Shown here piece by piece: positions 9,597 to 20,200 of a stretch of DNA of 64,000 nt (positions are counted from its first letter, which is position 1; each line of letters begins with the position of its first letter). Made by a program: the position numbers and the translations under genes. The DNA is taken from NCBI GenBank assembly GCA_964479945.1, contig CAYZNS010000004.1:13715-77714 (forward strand), written 5' to 3'. The notes under the pieces are model-generated. The model was not told the DNA's origin and did not search any database. It was given only the letters and a program-made list of their open reading frames with translations. Source of the DNA: an uncultured Candidatus Saccharibacteria bacterium. GTDB taxonomy: Bacteria > Patescibacteriota > Minisyncoccia > Ryanbacterales > 2-02-FULL-48-12.

Positions 9597-10682
9597 GTGC
9601 TGCAAAAAATACTCAAAAGGCTCATCTCCTTTCACTCCCTAAGCGGCGATCATGAGGCAAACGCGCGGCTTTTGGATTTTGCGGAAGATATTCTTGGGCA
9701 ACATCTTTTTGTGAGGCGGTTTTCTTCAAACGGTCATCCTTCACTAGTGGCAACCGTGCGGCGAACAAAGAAACCGAAGATGTTGCTGGTGGGACATACG
9801 GATGTGGTGCCGGGTCCGGAGAAATTATTTCGGTTACAGATGCGCGGTGGAAAACTTTTTGGCCGTGGAGTATTGGATATGAAGTTTGCAATAGCATGCT
9901 ACTTGCGGCTTGTGCAAGAGCTTGGTTCCGACATCAAAAAATATGATCTGGGCGTTATACTTACGTCCGATGAAGAAATAGGCGGTTTCAATGGCGTTGA
10001 GTATTTGTTGAAAAAAGGATACGGTGCGGAGTTTGCGTTTCTTCCCGACGGCGGCATAAATTGGCAGATTGAGCGCGGATCCAAAGGCATGTGGCATGTG
10101 GACTTTGAAGTTCATGGCAAAACGGCGCATGCGGCGCATCCGTGGGAAGGGGAGAGCGCGATTATGACATTTTTCAGGTTTCTGCAAGAATTGGAAAAGG
10201 AGTTTGCGCCAAATTTACCCTGTGACGGCAGGCATTACCATGACACCTTGACTATCACGCGCATTGCCGGCGGCGAGACGCCCAATCAGGTGCCGGGGTA
10301 TTTGAGCGCCTCCGTAAATATCCGCTATGTGCCGGAGACGACAAAAAAAGAATTGGAGCAGCGCATATTGCGCGCGGCGAAAAAATTTCCGGCAATTTCA
10401 TTCAAAGAGCGCGTGCATGGCCATGCATGGGTGACGAATCTTGCGCATCCGGTTATACGCGAGTATATTGCAGCGGCGCAAAAACAAGGTGTAGATGTAG
10501 GCGACACATTTTCGCACGGCTCATCCGACGCGCGGTTCTTCGCCGAACGCGGTATTCCGGTTCTTACCGTCTGGCCTCGCGGCGGGGGGCATCACAGCGA
10601 TGAAGAGTGGATAGAGAAGCAGGATTTTGAGAAATATTACCGTATTTTAAAGGAGTTGATAACGGGAGTTGCAAAAAGATAA
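9597..10682 (+). CDS. M20/ArgE/DapE-family metallopeptidase
   Basis: GHTDVVP, GRGVLDMK, SDEEIGG, HGSSDAR, GHH motifs. Confidence 0.92.
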   Translation: MLQKILKRLISFHSLSGDHEANARLLDFAEDILGQHLFVRRFSSNGHPSLVATVRRTKKPKMLLVGHTDVVPGPEKLFRLQMRGGKLFGRGVLDMKFAIACYLRLVQELGSDIKKYDLGVILTSDEEIGGFNGVEYLLKKGYGAEFAFLPDGGINWQIERGSKGMWHVDFEVHGKTAHAAHPWEGESAIMTFFRFLQELEKEFAPNLPCDGRHYHDTLTITRIAGGETPNQVPGYLSASVNIRYVPETTKKELEQRILRAAKKFPAISFKERVHGHAWVTNLAHPVIREYIAAAQKQGVDVGDTFSHGSSDARFFAERGIPVLTVWPRGGGHHSDEEWIEKQDFEKYYRILKELITGVAKR

Positions 10683-10725
10683 TGTGGTGGTATAATAAGG
10701 ATAATTTTATATTGGAGGTGTCCTT

Positions 10726-10893
10726 ATGCAGCAGGTAGATTGGAAACGAGTCCAGTCTTGCAGCGGTTTTGGCGAGAAGGTAATGATGCTGCGTCATCTC
10801 ACCGGTATTTCGGTGTACGCGGCAATGTTGGAGGTTGATAACCTGCTAAAAAGGAAAAAGGGAGGGAAAGTATTTAAAAAAGAAGGACACTAG
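10726..10893 (+). CDS. 55-aa small protein (not in ORF track)
   Basis: TGG-TATAAT at 10688-10696, SD GGAGGTG, ORF MQQVDWKRVQSCSGFGEKVMMLRHLTGISVYAAMLEVDNLLKRKKGGKVFKKEGH, terminator AAGGAGGCA..TGCCTCCTT at about 10902-10937. Confidence 0.65.
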   Translation: MQQVDWKRVQSCSGFGEKVMMLRHLTGISVYAAMLEVDNLLKRKKGGKVFKKEGH

Positions 10894-11073
10894 GTAGTTT
10901 AAAGGAGGCACTAAAAATGCCTCCTTCAACTTTTTTGATCCATGTTCTAATATGTATGTAATTGGTGTGAGTAATTAGTAGTTAGGAAAATTTTTGCAGT
11001 GAAATATATCAACTAGTCCTAAATACTAAATACCAGTTACTAAGGACTCAAATTTTTGTGAGAGCAAAAATTT

Positions 11074-12678
11074 ATGACCCGCACGGAACTTCTACAAAAA
11101 TTAAAAGCAAAACGCAAAGAACTTGCTGACCGGGAAGGTATTGAGCTGTTTATGGTATGTACCAACAAGGCGCTGGAGGAGACGGTAAAAGCAATGCCGG
11201 CGACGCTTGCGGATCTGGCGTTGGTAAAAGGTTGGGGGAAGACAAAGATTGCGAAGTACGGCACAGATGTATTGGATATCATCGTGCATGGCAATTTGGA
11301 AGATCAATCGCCAAGTTCACTTGGACGTCCGGTTTCCAAGTCAGAGGGGGCGGTGTTTTCTGTTGCAGAATTTTTGGATGCCGTCAATATTACACTCGCG
11401 CGGTTGGGGGCCGTGCGCGTGCAGGGAGAGGTCAGCGAGCTTAAAACGAGAGGGGCCGCCGTGTATTTTACGCTCAAAGACACTGAAGGAGAGGCAAGCG
11501 TGAAGTGTGTATTGTGGGCCTGGAAATTTGAACGCGAGTACAGCTATTTGGAAGACGGCATGGAAATAGTGGTGGACGCGCTGCCGGAAGTATATGCAAA
11601 ATTTGGAACGTTTGACCTCAAGGTGGAGCGGGTGGAGCCAGTTGGCGAAGGGGCGCTGCAAAAAGCGTTTGAAGCATTGAAGAAAAAATTGGAAGCAAAA
11701 GGATATTTTAATGCTGCTCGCAAACGCCCTATTCCCGCCATAGTGCGGCGTATCGGGGTTATTACATCCGAGAAAGGGGAAGCCATAAACGATTTTCTAA
11801 AAAACATCGGGGCATACGGATTTGAAATTGTCCTCACTGATGTGCGTGTGGAAGGAGCACAGGCGGAAGATACGATAGTATCCGCATTCCATCGCATGAA
11901 TAAGGAACGCCACGACCTAGACGTAATCTGCCTTATTCGTGGCGGCGGCGGGCTCGAGAATTTAAAAGCATTTAATACGGAGCGTGTTGCGGAAGCGGTG
12001 GCAACATCGCGCATCCCCGTGATGACTGGCATCGGCCATGAGCGCGATGTAACCATTGCGAGCTTGTCGTCCGATGCGGATTTTTCCACGCCTACGAAGG
12101 TGGCGGACGCAATACGAAGAGGCAGAGAGGACATGTTGCGCGCTATAGAAAGGCAGGCGCAAGATGCGTCTCAATGTGTAAAAGAATTGTTGCGGGAAGC
12201 CCTGCAAGCAGCCGCACTTCTGGCAGGCGAGCTGCAGCGCACGCCGGATAGGGTACTGGAACGCGCGCGCGTGCGTATAAGCGGCGCGGCTCATAGAATG
12301 GAGTCCGCATTAGGGCGCGTTTTTGCGGCCTTTAACCTTCTGGAGCGCAGGATCCGGGATGGCATGCATAGATACACCCGCATGCTTCAAGAAGCGCAGC
12401 ACCTCATATCCCGCGAGGCCGCGGGTATGCGCGAATACATGCAGGGCGCGCTGCAAACTATGGGGAAACGTATTGCAGTGGCTTCAGCCGCTCTTGTGCC
12501 GTTGAATCCAGCCGCCCCGTTACAGCGCGGGTATAGTATTGTGTATGGACCGGATGGGAAGGTGGTAAAAGATTCTGAATGTGTTACTATTGGTGAATAT
12601 GTTACCGTACGGCTCTATAAGGGAAAGATCAAATCAAAAGTTGAAGGCATAGATTTAAATGAAAACATTAAAGCATGA
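11074..12678 (+). CDS. xseA: Exodeoxyribonuclease VII large subunit with N-terminal HRDC domain
   Basis: VRVQGEVS..VYFTLKD OB-fold, IRGGG, GIGHERD, LQRGYSIV; residues 1-70 HRDC-like. Confidence 0.93.
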   Translation: MTRTELLQKLKAKRKELADREGIELFMVCTNKALEETVKAMPATLADLALVKGWGKTKIAKYGTDVLDIIVHGNLEDQSPSSLGRPVSKSEGAVFSVAEFLDAVNITLARLGAVRVQGEVSELKTRGAAVYFTLKDTEGEASVKCVLWAWKFEREYSYLEDGMEIVVDALPEVYAKFGTFDLKVERVEPVGEGALQKAFEALKKKLEAKGYFNAARKRPIPAIVRRIGVITSEKGEAINDFLKNIGAYGFEIVLTDVRVEGAQAEDTIVSAFHRMNKERHDLDVICLIRGGGGLENLKAFNTERVAEAVATSRIPVMTGIGHERDVTIASLSSDADFSTPTKVADAIRRGREDMLRAIERQAQDASQCVKELLREALQAAALLAGELQRTPDRVLERARVRISGAAHRMESALGRVFAAFNLLERRIRDGMHRYTRMLQEAQHLISREAAGMREYMQGALQTMGKRIAVASAALVPLNPAAPLQRGYSIVYGPDGKVVKDSECVTIGEYVTVRLYKGKIKSKVEGIDLNENIKA

Positions 12679-12733
12679 AAACATAAAAACAAAACAACTT
12701 GTTTTTATGCTTTTGTGTTTTCATGTTTTAATG
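12661..12733. repeat. Inverted heptamer arrays (AAAACAT/ATGTTTT type)
   Basis: gaaaacattaaagcatgaaaacataaaaac ... gtttttatgcttttgtgttttcatgttttaatg. Confidence 0.8.
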
Positions 12734-12741
12734 AATTACAT

Positions 12742-12993
12742 ATGTCTTCCCAAAAACAAACAATAGAACAATCCCTTAAACGCCTCGAAAAGATCGTGGA
12801 AGAACTTAACGCACGCGACGTGGATGTTGAGGAAGGGCTTGCCAAATTCAAAGAAGGCGTGGAATTAATAAAGGCGTGCCGCAGCCAGCTGGGTCAGGCG
12901 GAAAATGAGTTTAAGAAATTACAAAAGGAGTTAGATGCTGATGATAAAAGTACTTTTTTTGAAGGAGGAGAAAATAATAGTGATGAATTATGA
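12742..12993 (+). CDS. xseB: Exodeoxyribonuclease VII small subunit
   Basis: LKRLEKIVEEL..EEGLAKFKEGVELIKAC; follows xseA. Confidence 0.93.
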   Translation: MSSQKQTIEQSLKRLEKIVEELNARDVDVEEGLAKFKEGVELIKACRSQLGQAENEFKKLQKELDADDKSTFFEGGENNSDEL

Positions 12994-13073
12994 AGCATGA
13001 ATTATGAATTACGGAGAAAAAAGAATTGCGAGTTTTATAATACTTTTCCATAATTCCATATTCATGATTCATG
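12983..13073. repeat. Inverted heptamer arrays (ATGAATT/AATTCAT type)
   Basis: atgaattatgaagcatgaattatgaatt ... cataattccatattcatgattcatg. Confidence 0.8.
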
Positions 13074-13106
13074 TAAATAGATGAGTAATCGTATTGATAG
13101 AAAATA

Positions 13107-14897
13107 ATGGTAGAAAAAGTAGTTAATTCTCTCGGCAACCTGCCCTCCTGGGATCTCTCCGCTTTTTTCAGCGGCAAGGGCGATCCGCGCATAGCAGAAG
13201 TGTTGGCGGAGACACTGGCCCGCGCGGAGCGGTTTGAAAAAACTTGGCGCGGAACGGTAACTGATGCGTCTTCCGGCGAAGATATTCTTGCCGCTTTACA
13301 GGAATACGAAGCAATAATTCAGGAAGCGCAGAAACCGCAGCATTATGCGCATCTTCTGCAGACGGCGGATAGCACGGACGCGGAACATGGGGCGCTGGTG
13401 CAAAAAACAAGCGCGGGGTTTTTAGATATATACCGGCATCTGGTCTTTTTTGAGCTGGAACTGCTCCAGATTTCTCCTGATACGCCTCATCCAAATTATC
13501 GCCATTTTCTAGCAAATCTCCTCAAAACAAAACCCCATCGCTTGTCCGAATCCGAGGAACAGATCATGAACGATCTTTCTCTTACGGGACCGGCCGCGTT
13601 TACGCGGTTGTTTGACGAAGAGTTGTCGCAGAAAAAATTTATGGTTGCAGGGGAAGGCGGTACGGAAGAATGGCCGGAAGAAAAAGTGCTTAACTTGCTG
13701 TACGATTCTGACCGGGAACGGCGCAAAGCCGGCGCGGATGCAATGACGCGGGGTCTTTCAGCAGACTTGAGGCGCTTTACGTTTATTTTCAATACGCTGG
13801 GTGAAGATAAACATATCCGCGATCGGTATCAAAAGTTCGCCACACCGGAAGCATCCCGCCATCTTTTCAACGAGGTTACGCAGGAGATGGTGGACACCAT
13901 GAGTGAAGCCGTACACGAGAGCCGCGGCGTAGTCGCTGATTACTATAATCTGAAACGCGAAGTCCTGGGCCTCACAGAGCTGTATGATTATGACAGGTAT
14001 GCTCCCGTTTTGGAGACGCAGCGCCTGTATGCGTTTGATGAAGCCCGGGAGATGATGCTTGGTGCGTATGGCCGGTTTACGCCGGTGATGCGCGATGCGG
14101 CGCAGGAATTCTTCCGGGAAAGCTGGATAGACGCGGAGACGCGGCATGGTAAACGCGGCGGCGCTTTTTGCTCGTTCGGCACGCCCGATACGCATCCGGT
14201 GGTGTTTTTAAATTATCTTGGCACGGTAAAGCATGTTATGACGCTTGCGCATGAGCTGGGGCATGGCGTGCATGCGTCACTCATGCGGAAGCAAACAATG
14301 CTTAATTTTGATACGCCCCTGACTATAGCGGAGACTGCAAGCGTGTTCGGTGAGATGCTGGTATTTGACAGTTTGCGTTCCACCATGACAGGCCGCGATC
14401 TTCTGGCGCTTACCATGGGTAAAATTGAAGAGATTTTCGCCACCATTTTCCGCCAGCATGCAATGTATCAATTTGAACGCGATTTTCATGCAGCTCGTAG
14501 AAGTGAAGGCGAGCTGAAACCCGAGCGTATTAACGAGATGTGGATGAATCGCCAGAAAGAGATGTTCGGGGATTCCGTGATACTGCGCGACGATTACCGC
14601 ATCTGGTGGAGCTATATTCCGCATTTTCTCCATACGCCATTTTACGTATATGCATATGTGTTCGGTGAGTTGTTGACGCTTTCATTTTATGATATGTATC
14701 AGAAAACCGCCGACAAAGCGGCATTCGCGGAACAATATCTAGCCATGCTGGAGGCGGGAGGCACTAAAACGCCGGAAGAGCTGATGGAGCCGTTCGGTAT
14801 AGATTTAAATCGTAAAGAGTTTTGGCAGGGAGGCCTTTGTGTGATACAAGATCTTGTAAAGGAGGCAAAACAGCTATATATAATTCATAATTCTTAA
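13107..14897 (+). CDS. pepF: Oligoendopeptidase F (M3B)
   Basis: WDLS N-terminus, GKRGGAFC, TLAHELGHG, AETAS, HF..PFYVYAY. Confidence 0.92.
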   Translation: MVEKVVNSLGNLPSWDLSAFFSGKGDPRIAEVLAETLARAERFEKTWRGTVTDASSGEDILAALQEYEAIIQEAQKPQHYAHLLQTADSTDAEHGALVQKTSAGFLDIYRHLVFFELELLQISPDTPHPNYRHFLANLLKTKPHRLSESEEQIMNDLSLTGPAAFTRLFDEELSQKKFMVAGEGGTEEWPEEKVLNLLYDSDRERRKAGADAMTRGLSADLRRFTFIFNTLGEDKHIRDRYQKFATPEASRHLFNEVTQEMVDTMSEAVHESRGVVADYYNLKREVLGLTELYDYDRYAPVLETQRLYAFDEAREMMLGAYGRFTPVMRDAAQEFFRESWIDAETRHGKRGGAFCSFGTPDTHPVVFLNYLGTVKHVMTLAHELGHGVHASLMRKQTMLNFDTPLTIAETASVFGEMLVFDSLRSTMTGRDLLALTMGKIEEIFATIFRQHAMYQFERDFHAARRSEGELKPERINEMWMNRQKEMFGDSVILRDDYRIWWSYIPHFLHTPFYVYAYVFGELLTLSFYDMYQKTADKAAFAEQYLAMLEAGGTKTPEELMEPFGIDLNRKEFWQGGLCVIQDLVKEAKQLYIIHNS

Positions 14898-14903
14898 AGA
14901 TAT

Positions 14904-15878
14904 ATGGCCTTGTTTTACGTTTCCGTATTTCTTCTCTCAAGCATTATGCTCGCCATCGCGGGCGACTGGTTGGTGCGCTCGCTTGCCCGTATTGCGCGCT
15001 ATTTCGGCTGGCAGGAATTTATTGCGGCATTTTTTATTATGTCTGTTGCCGTCTCCGTGCCGGAGTTGTTTATCGGCATTACCGCCGCCGCGGAAGGCAT
15101 TCCGGAGCTTTCATTCGGCAATATTGTGGGCGCTAATATTATCCACTTCACGCTTGCCCTCGCATTGGCAACCATTGTGTTGGGCGAGCTAAAGTTTGAA
15201 AGCGTGCAAATACGCACCAGCGTCAATTTTACCTTTCTTTTTGCGCTTCTGCCGTTTTTACTCATGATTGACGGCGACTTGTCGCGCGCGGATGGGGTTA
15301 TTCTTATGAGTTCTTTTTTTATCTATGTGCTGTGGGTTTTCTCCAAACGCGAGCGCTTTAGCCAACAGTACCAGCCATTGGCGTTAAACGGTCATCAACT
15401 GCTCTCGCCGTTGGAAAAATTTCGGCAATTCATGAAAGACGTGGGGCTGTTCGTGGCCGGCATTAGCGTGCTTATCGCGGCATCCCAGGGCATCGTAAAT
15501 TCAGCTGCGTTTTTCGCTGACATATTCAATATACCTCTTGTGGTAGTTGGCGTATTTATCGTGGGTTTGGGCACGGCGTTGCCGGAGACGTATTTTGCGG
15601 TTGCCTCTGCCCGCCGCGGCAACGCATGGATGGTAGTGGGAAATTTACTTGGATCAACCGTGCTCACCGCAAGTTTTGTGCTTGGCCTGGTCGCATTTAT
15701 CCACCCCATTGTCATCGTGGATTTTTCGCCGTATGTCGTTGCGCGCGCGTTTCTCGTGATGTCTGCGGTAGCGCTTCTGTTATTTTCGCGTACGGAACAT
15801 AAAATTACATCCCGCGAGGCATTTGCGATGCTGACGTTGTATATTCTCTTTGCAGTCGCGCAAGCAGCCGCGAAATAA
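14904..15878 (+). CDS. Cation:Ca2+ antiporter (CaCA/YrbG family)
   Basis: Two alpha repeats: SVPEL..GNIVGANI and GTALPE..GNLLGS. Confidence 0.9.
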   Translation: MALFYVSVFLLSSIMLAIAGDWLVRSLARIARYFGWQEFIAAFFIMSVAVSVPELFIGITAAAEGIPELSFGNIVGANIIHFTLALALATIVLGELKFESVQIRTSVNFTFLFALLPFLLMIDGDLSRADGVILMSSFFIYVLWVFSKRERFSQQYQPLALNGHQLLSPLEKFRQFMKDVGLFVAGISVLIAASQGIVNSAAFFADIFNIPLVVVGVFIVGLGTALPETYFAVASARRGNAWMVVGNLLGSTVLTASFVLGLVAFIHPIVIVDFSPYVVARAFLVMSAVALLLFSRTEHKITSREAFAMLTLYILFAVAQAAAK

Positions 15879-16058
15879 AATGTGGAAACGTATCTATACC
15901 ATCAGGCAAGAAACAATTGAGCGGCGCCTATTCCCCCTTATGATACTATGTTTATTATAAACGGTTATTTTTAAGATAGGCTCTATTTACTTTATATAAA
16001 AAATAAGGTAGTGTCTAGACAAGTTTGAAATTCATGTCTTATATAGTAAGGAGAGCGT

Positions 16059-16424
16059 ATGAGTTATTTGGATCAAGAAGGTGTAAGCGGCATATTTCTG
16101 TCGGAAATCATCATTCAAGCAACACCAGGGTACGCGTCGTGGGAGCTCGTCAAGAAAAATATACAGCATTCAGGCGAAACGCGGCTCATCTGGGCAGTTT
16201 TTTATGAAGCCGTTGGGTATCTTCTAAAACACTATCAAGAACATGTCTGCAATGCCGCCGTAAAGCGGGAGATCAAAGATGTGGAAGATTGGATTAACAA
16301 CAATGATGATGCTTGGCCATTTAGTTTTATAAATATTTGCAGAAATCTTGGATTAGATCCTGACTATGTTCGGAGCGGGATCGCGCGCAAAAAGCGAGTC
16401 CTTTCTGGACTAGTACCCCATTAA
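16059..16424 (+). CDS. Hypothetical protein, paralog 1 (W..F.NIC..LGLDP.Y.R.G family)
   Basis: SD AAGGAG; shares motifs with the adjacent ORF. Confidence 0.7.
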   Translation: MSYLDQEGVSGIFLSEIIIQATPGYASWELVKKNIQHSGETRLIWAVFYEAVGYLLKHYQEHVCNAAVKREIKDVEDWINNNDDAWPFSFINICRNLGLDPDYVRSGIARKKRVLSGLVPH

Positions 16425-16526
16425 ATTAATTTTGTCGTTGTTTTTCTGCGTTTTTCTGCGTAAAGTCTGCGAATTTCTGCGAGTACTTCCGACAAATTTA
16501 TTTTAAGGAAGTACTAGAGGTGTCAC

Positions 16527-16928
16527 ATGGGTGTCAATGATTCATGGAAGGGCGCTAATACATTAGGAAACTGCACAATCTTGCCGGAACAATTTTTTCC
16601 GGTGCAAAGCCACAAATTCACGCCTGAGATGAGATTGTTGGTCGCCATCCTTGAAGATGCTCTTCACATTTTTCAACGATGTGCGCATGCAAGAACAAGG
16701 CGTGAACGGCGCCTTTGGGAGGAAGTACGGGATTGGTTCTGGGATAAGGAGGAGTCAATATGGTTGTGTAATTTTGAAAATATTTGCGGCATATTGGGGT
16801 TGGAACCCGGGTATCTCCGATGCGGGCTAACCGCATGGCTAGAAAAGGCAAAACAAGATCCTCAACTTAAAATACCTCTCCGGCAGCGCGTAAATAGATG
16901 CGGCAGTCATCGCGTCTCTGATGAATAA
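16527..16928 (+). CDS. Hypothetical protein, paralog 2
   Basis: SD GAGGTG; RLLVAILEDA...W...FENICGILGLEPGYLRCGL. Confidence 0.75.
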   Translation: MGVNDSWKGANTLGNCTILPEQFFPVQSHKFTPEMRLLVAILEDALHIFQRCAHARTRRERRLWEEVRDWFWDKEESIWLCNFENICGILGLEPGYLRCGLTAWLEKAKQDPQLKIPLRQRVNRCGSHRVSDE

Positions 16929-16938
16929 ACTGTCCCAT

Positions 16939-16967
16939 ATGACCCTGAATTTCGGGGTCATTTTTTT
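16939..16967 (+). terminator. Intrinsic terminator
   Basis: ATGACCCTGAA-t-TTCGGGGTCAT followed by T-run. Confidence 0.8.
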
Positions 16968-17281
16968 GTGCAACACCGAATGCCGCACAGGTACCGGCAC
17001 GGGACTTGACTTTTATTTTTCAATTTGCTAGCATTTTTAAAGCTGTGGATAACTTTTTTGGCAGGGCTTTGCCAAAAGGCATCCTGTGTGTTACTATATT
17101 AATACAAGCTAATCAACGTTGGTTTTTTGAATACAAAAGGGGTATATTGCTAAAAGTCCGAGAAGTCCTGTCGTTGGAAGGGGATAGGGCTTTTTGATGT
17201 TTTCATTATAATCTCCTTATCATAAAGCCCCTGCTTTAACCCCTGTTTTGCATAGGGGAGGGGCGCTCACATTCAAACATA

Positions 17282-20200
17282 ATGCAAAAGAAATATTTTT
17301 CGCGGTATAAAGAGCCGCTTATGCCGCTGCCTGACTTGGTGGATATGCAGGTCAGCTCTTTTCGGTGGATGCTGGAGAAAGGTATGCATGAGCTTTTTAG
17401 CGATTTCTTTCCGGTAGAGGACTACTCGGGCGGCCTTCGGTTGGAATTTGCCGAATTTGCCCTGGAAGACCCGAAACACGATGAATACCACGCGCGCGAT
17501 CACAATCTTTCTTATGAAGCTCCGTTGCGGCTTCGCTTGCGGCTGGTAAACAAAAAAACAGGAGAGTTAAAAGAGCAGGAAGTTTTTTTGGGGGATTTTC
17601 CCCTGATGACGAAACGCGGCACCTTTGTTATAAACGGCGTTGAGCGGGTTATAGTTTCGCAGCTTGCCCGTTCATTCGGCGTATACTTTACGGAATATTA
17701 TCTCCGCGGCAAAAAGTTTTTTGGCGCAAAAATTGTGCCTTCGCGCGGCGCATGGCTGGAGTTTGAGACGGATATTGACGGCGCCATTTATGTAAAAATA
17801 GACCGCAAGCGGCGCATACCCGTCTCTTCACTGCTGCGGATACTTGGCCTTCATACGGATGATGAAATAAAAAACGCGTTTGGAACGGTAGACAACACGG
17901 ACGTATCGTATATCGGCCGCACGTTGGAAAAAGATACGGCGCGCACTCTGGATGAAGCATATGTGGAGCTCTACAAGCGCATTCGGCCGGGGGATCTTGC
18001 CACGGTGGATAATGCGCGCGAACTTTTGCAGAGCATGTTCGGCTCGGATCGGTACGATCTTTCCCTGGTGGGGCGGTATAAGTTTAATCAGCGCTTGCAG
18101 TTGGAAAGCGGGACAAAAGCAGGGACCCGCGTTTTAGACGCGCAAGATATAACGGCGGTTGTATCGGAGATTATCCGCATGAACCAGAATCCGCATCTAA
18201 CGGCAGACGATATTGACCATCTTGGAAACCGGCGGGTTCGCGGCATCGGCGAGATGCTGCAAAGCAGGCTTCGTATTGGCTTGGCGCGCATGGAGCGCAT
18301 TATCAAAGACCGCATGTCAACGCTAGATGCAAGCTTGCTCACGCCGGTTCAACTGGTAAACGCGCGGCCGTTTATGGCGGCTATGAAAGAATTTTTCACC
18401 ACGAACCAACTGTCCCAATTCATGGACCAGACAAATATCTTAGCCGAGTTGGAACACAAGCGGCGCGTATCTGCCCTTGGTCCCGGCGGGCTTACGCGGG
18501 AGCGCGCTGGTTTTGAAGTGCGCGACGTGCATCCGTCCCACTATGGCCGCATCTGTCCCATTCAGACGCCGGAAGGCCCGAACATCGGGTTGGTAGGCCA
18601 CCTTGCCAGCTACGCGCGCATAAGCGAATACGGCATTATTGAAACGCCATATCGCAAGGTTGAAGACGGAAAGCTTACCAGTGAAATTCAATATCTGACG
18701 GCATTTGAGGAAGCGCGGTTTAATATTGCGCATGCGGGCGTTCCGTATCTCTCTGATGGCACTATTGCCGAGGATCTGGTGGAAGCGCGCGTCAAAGGCC
18801 AGCCGGGCGTTGTCTCAAAGAGCGACATACAATATATGGATATCTCGCCCCAGCAGGCAATCAGTATTGCCACGTCCCTTATTCCGTTTCTGGAGCACGA
18901 TGACGCAAACCGTGCCTTGATGGGCTCCAACATGCAGCGCCAGGCCGTTCCCAATATTTTGCCGCAAGCGCCGTTGGTGGCGACTGGCGTAGAAGGCCGC
19001 GTGGCGCGCGACTCGGGCTTGGTGGTGGTAGCTGAAGAAGCGGGAACGGTAACCGCCGTGGACGCGCGGGAAATCATCGTAAAAGAAAGCAAGCAGGAGC
19101 GTACATATCAACTTATCACGTATCTGCGTTCAAACAATGCCACGGCTTTGCATCACCGGCCACTGGTGCACGTGGGCGAAAAGATAGAAAAAGGCCAAGT
19201 GCTTGCCGATAATCTCTCTACGAACAACGGCCAGCTGGCGCTGGGGCAGAATATATTGGTATCGTTTCTTTCCTGGGGCGGATCAAACTATGAAGACGCT
19301 ATTATCTTGTCGGAGCGGTTGGTGCAGCGGGACGCCTTCAGCACGGTACACATTGAAGATTTTACCATCAACGTGCGCGACACAAAGCTTGGTCCGGAAG
19401 TAACCACCCACGATATTCCGAACGTGGGCGAAGACAAGTTAAAGGACCTTGACGAAGAAGGAATTGTGCGTATTGGTGCGGAAGTGCGGCCGGGAGACAT
19501 TTTGGTAGGAAAAATATCGCCGAAGGGCGAGTCTGACTTAACGCCGGAGGAGCGGCTCTTGCGCGCGATTTTCGGTGAGAAAGCGCGGGACGTAAAAGAC
19601 TCTTCGCTGCGCATGCCGATCGGCAAACAGGGGCGCGTGGTAGGGGTGAAAGTGTTCTCGCGCGATCAGGGCGACCGTTTGGAGTCGGGTGTAATTAAAA
19701 GCGTGCGCGTGGAAGTGGCACAGCTTCGTAAAGTTCTGGTGGGCGATAAGCTTGCAGGGCGGCACGGAAACAAAGGCGTTATTTCAAGAATTCTGCCGGT
19801 GGAAGATATGCCGCATCTCAAGGACGGCACGCCGGTTGACATTATATTAAATCCGCTGGGCGTGGCATCGCGCATGAATATCGGTCAGATTTTAGAGACG
19901 CATCTTGGCTGGGCGGCGGGCACGGCGGGATATCAAGCTATAACGCCGTCGCTTCTGGGCGCTTCGGACGAAGAAATTCACGCGGAGCTTGAAGCGGCCG
20001 GCTTGCCGGAGGATGGCAAGGTGGAACTGTACGACGGCCGCAGCGGCGAGCTCTTCGGCCAGCGCGTAACCGTAGGCATTATTTATATGATGAAGCTCAC
20101 ACACATGGTGGAAGACAAAATCCACATGCGCTCCATCGGGCCGTATTCACTTATTACTCAGCAGCCGCTCGGCGGAAAAGCGCAAGGCGGCGGGCAGCGG

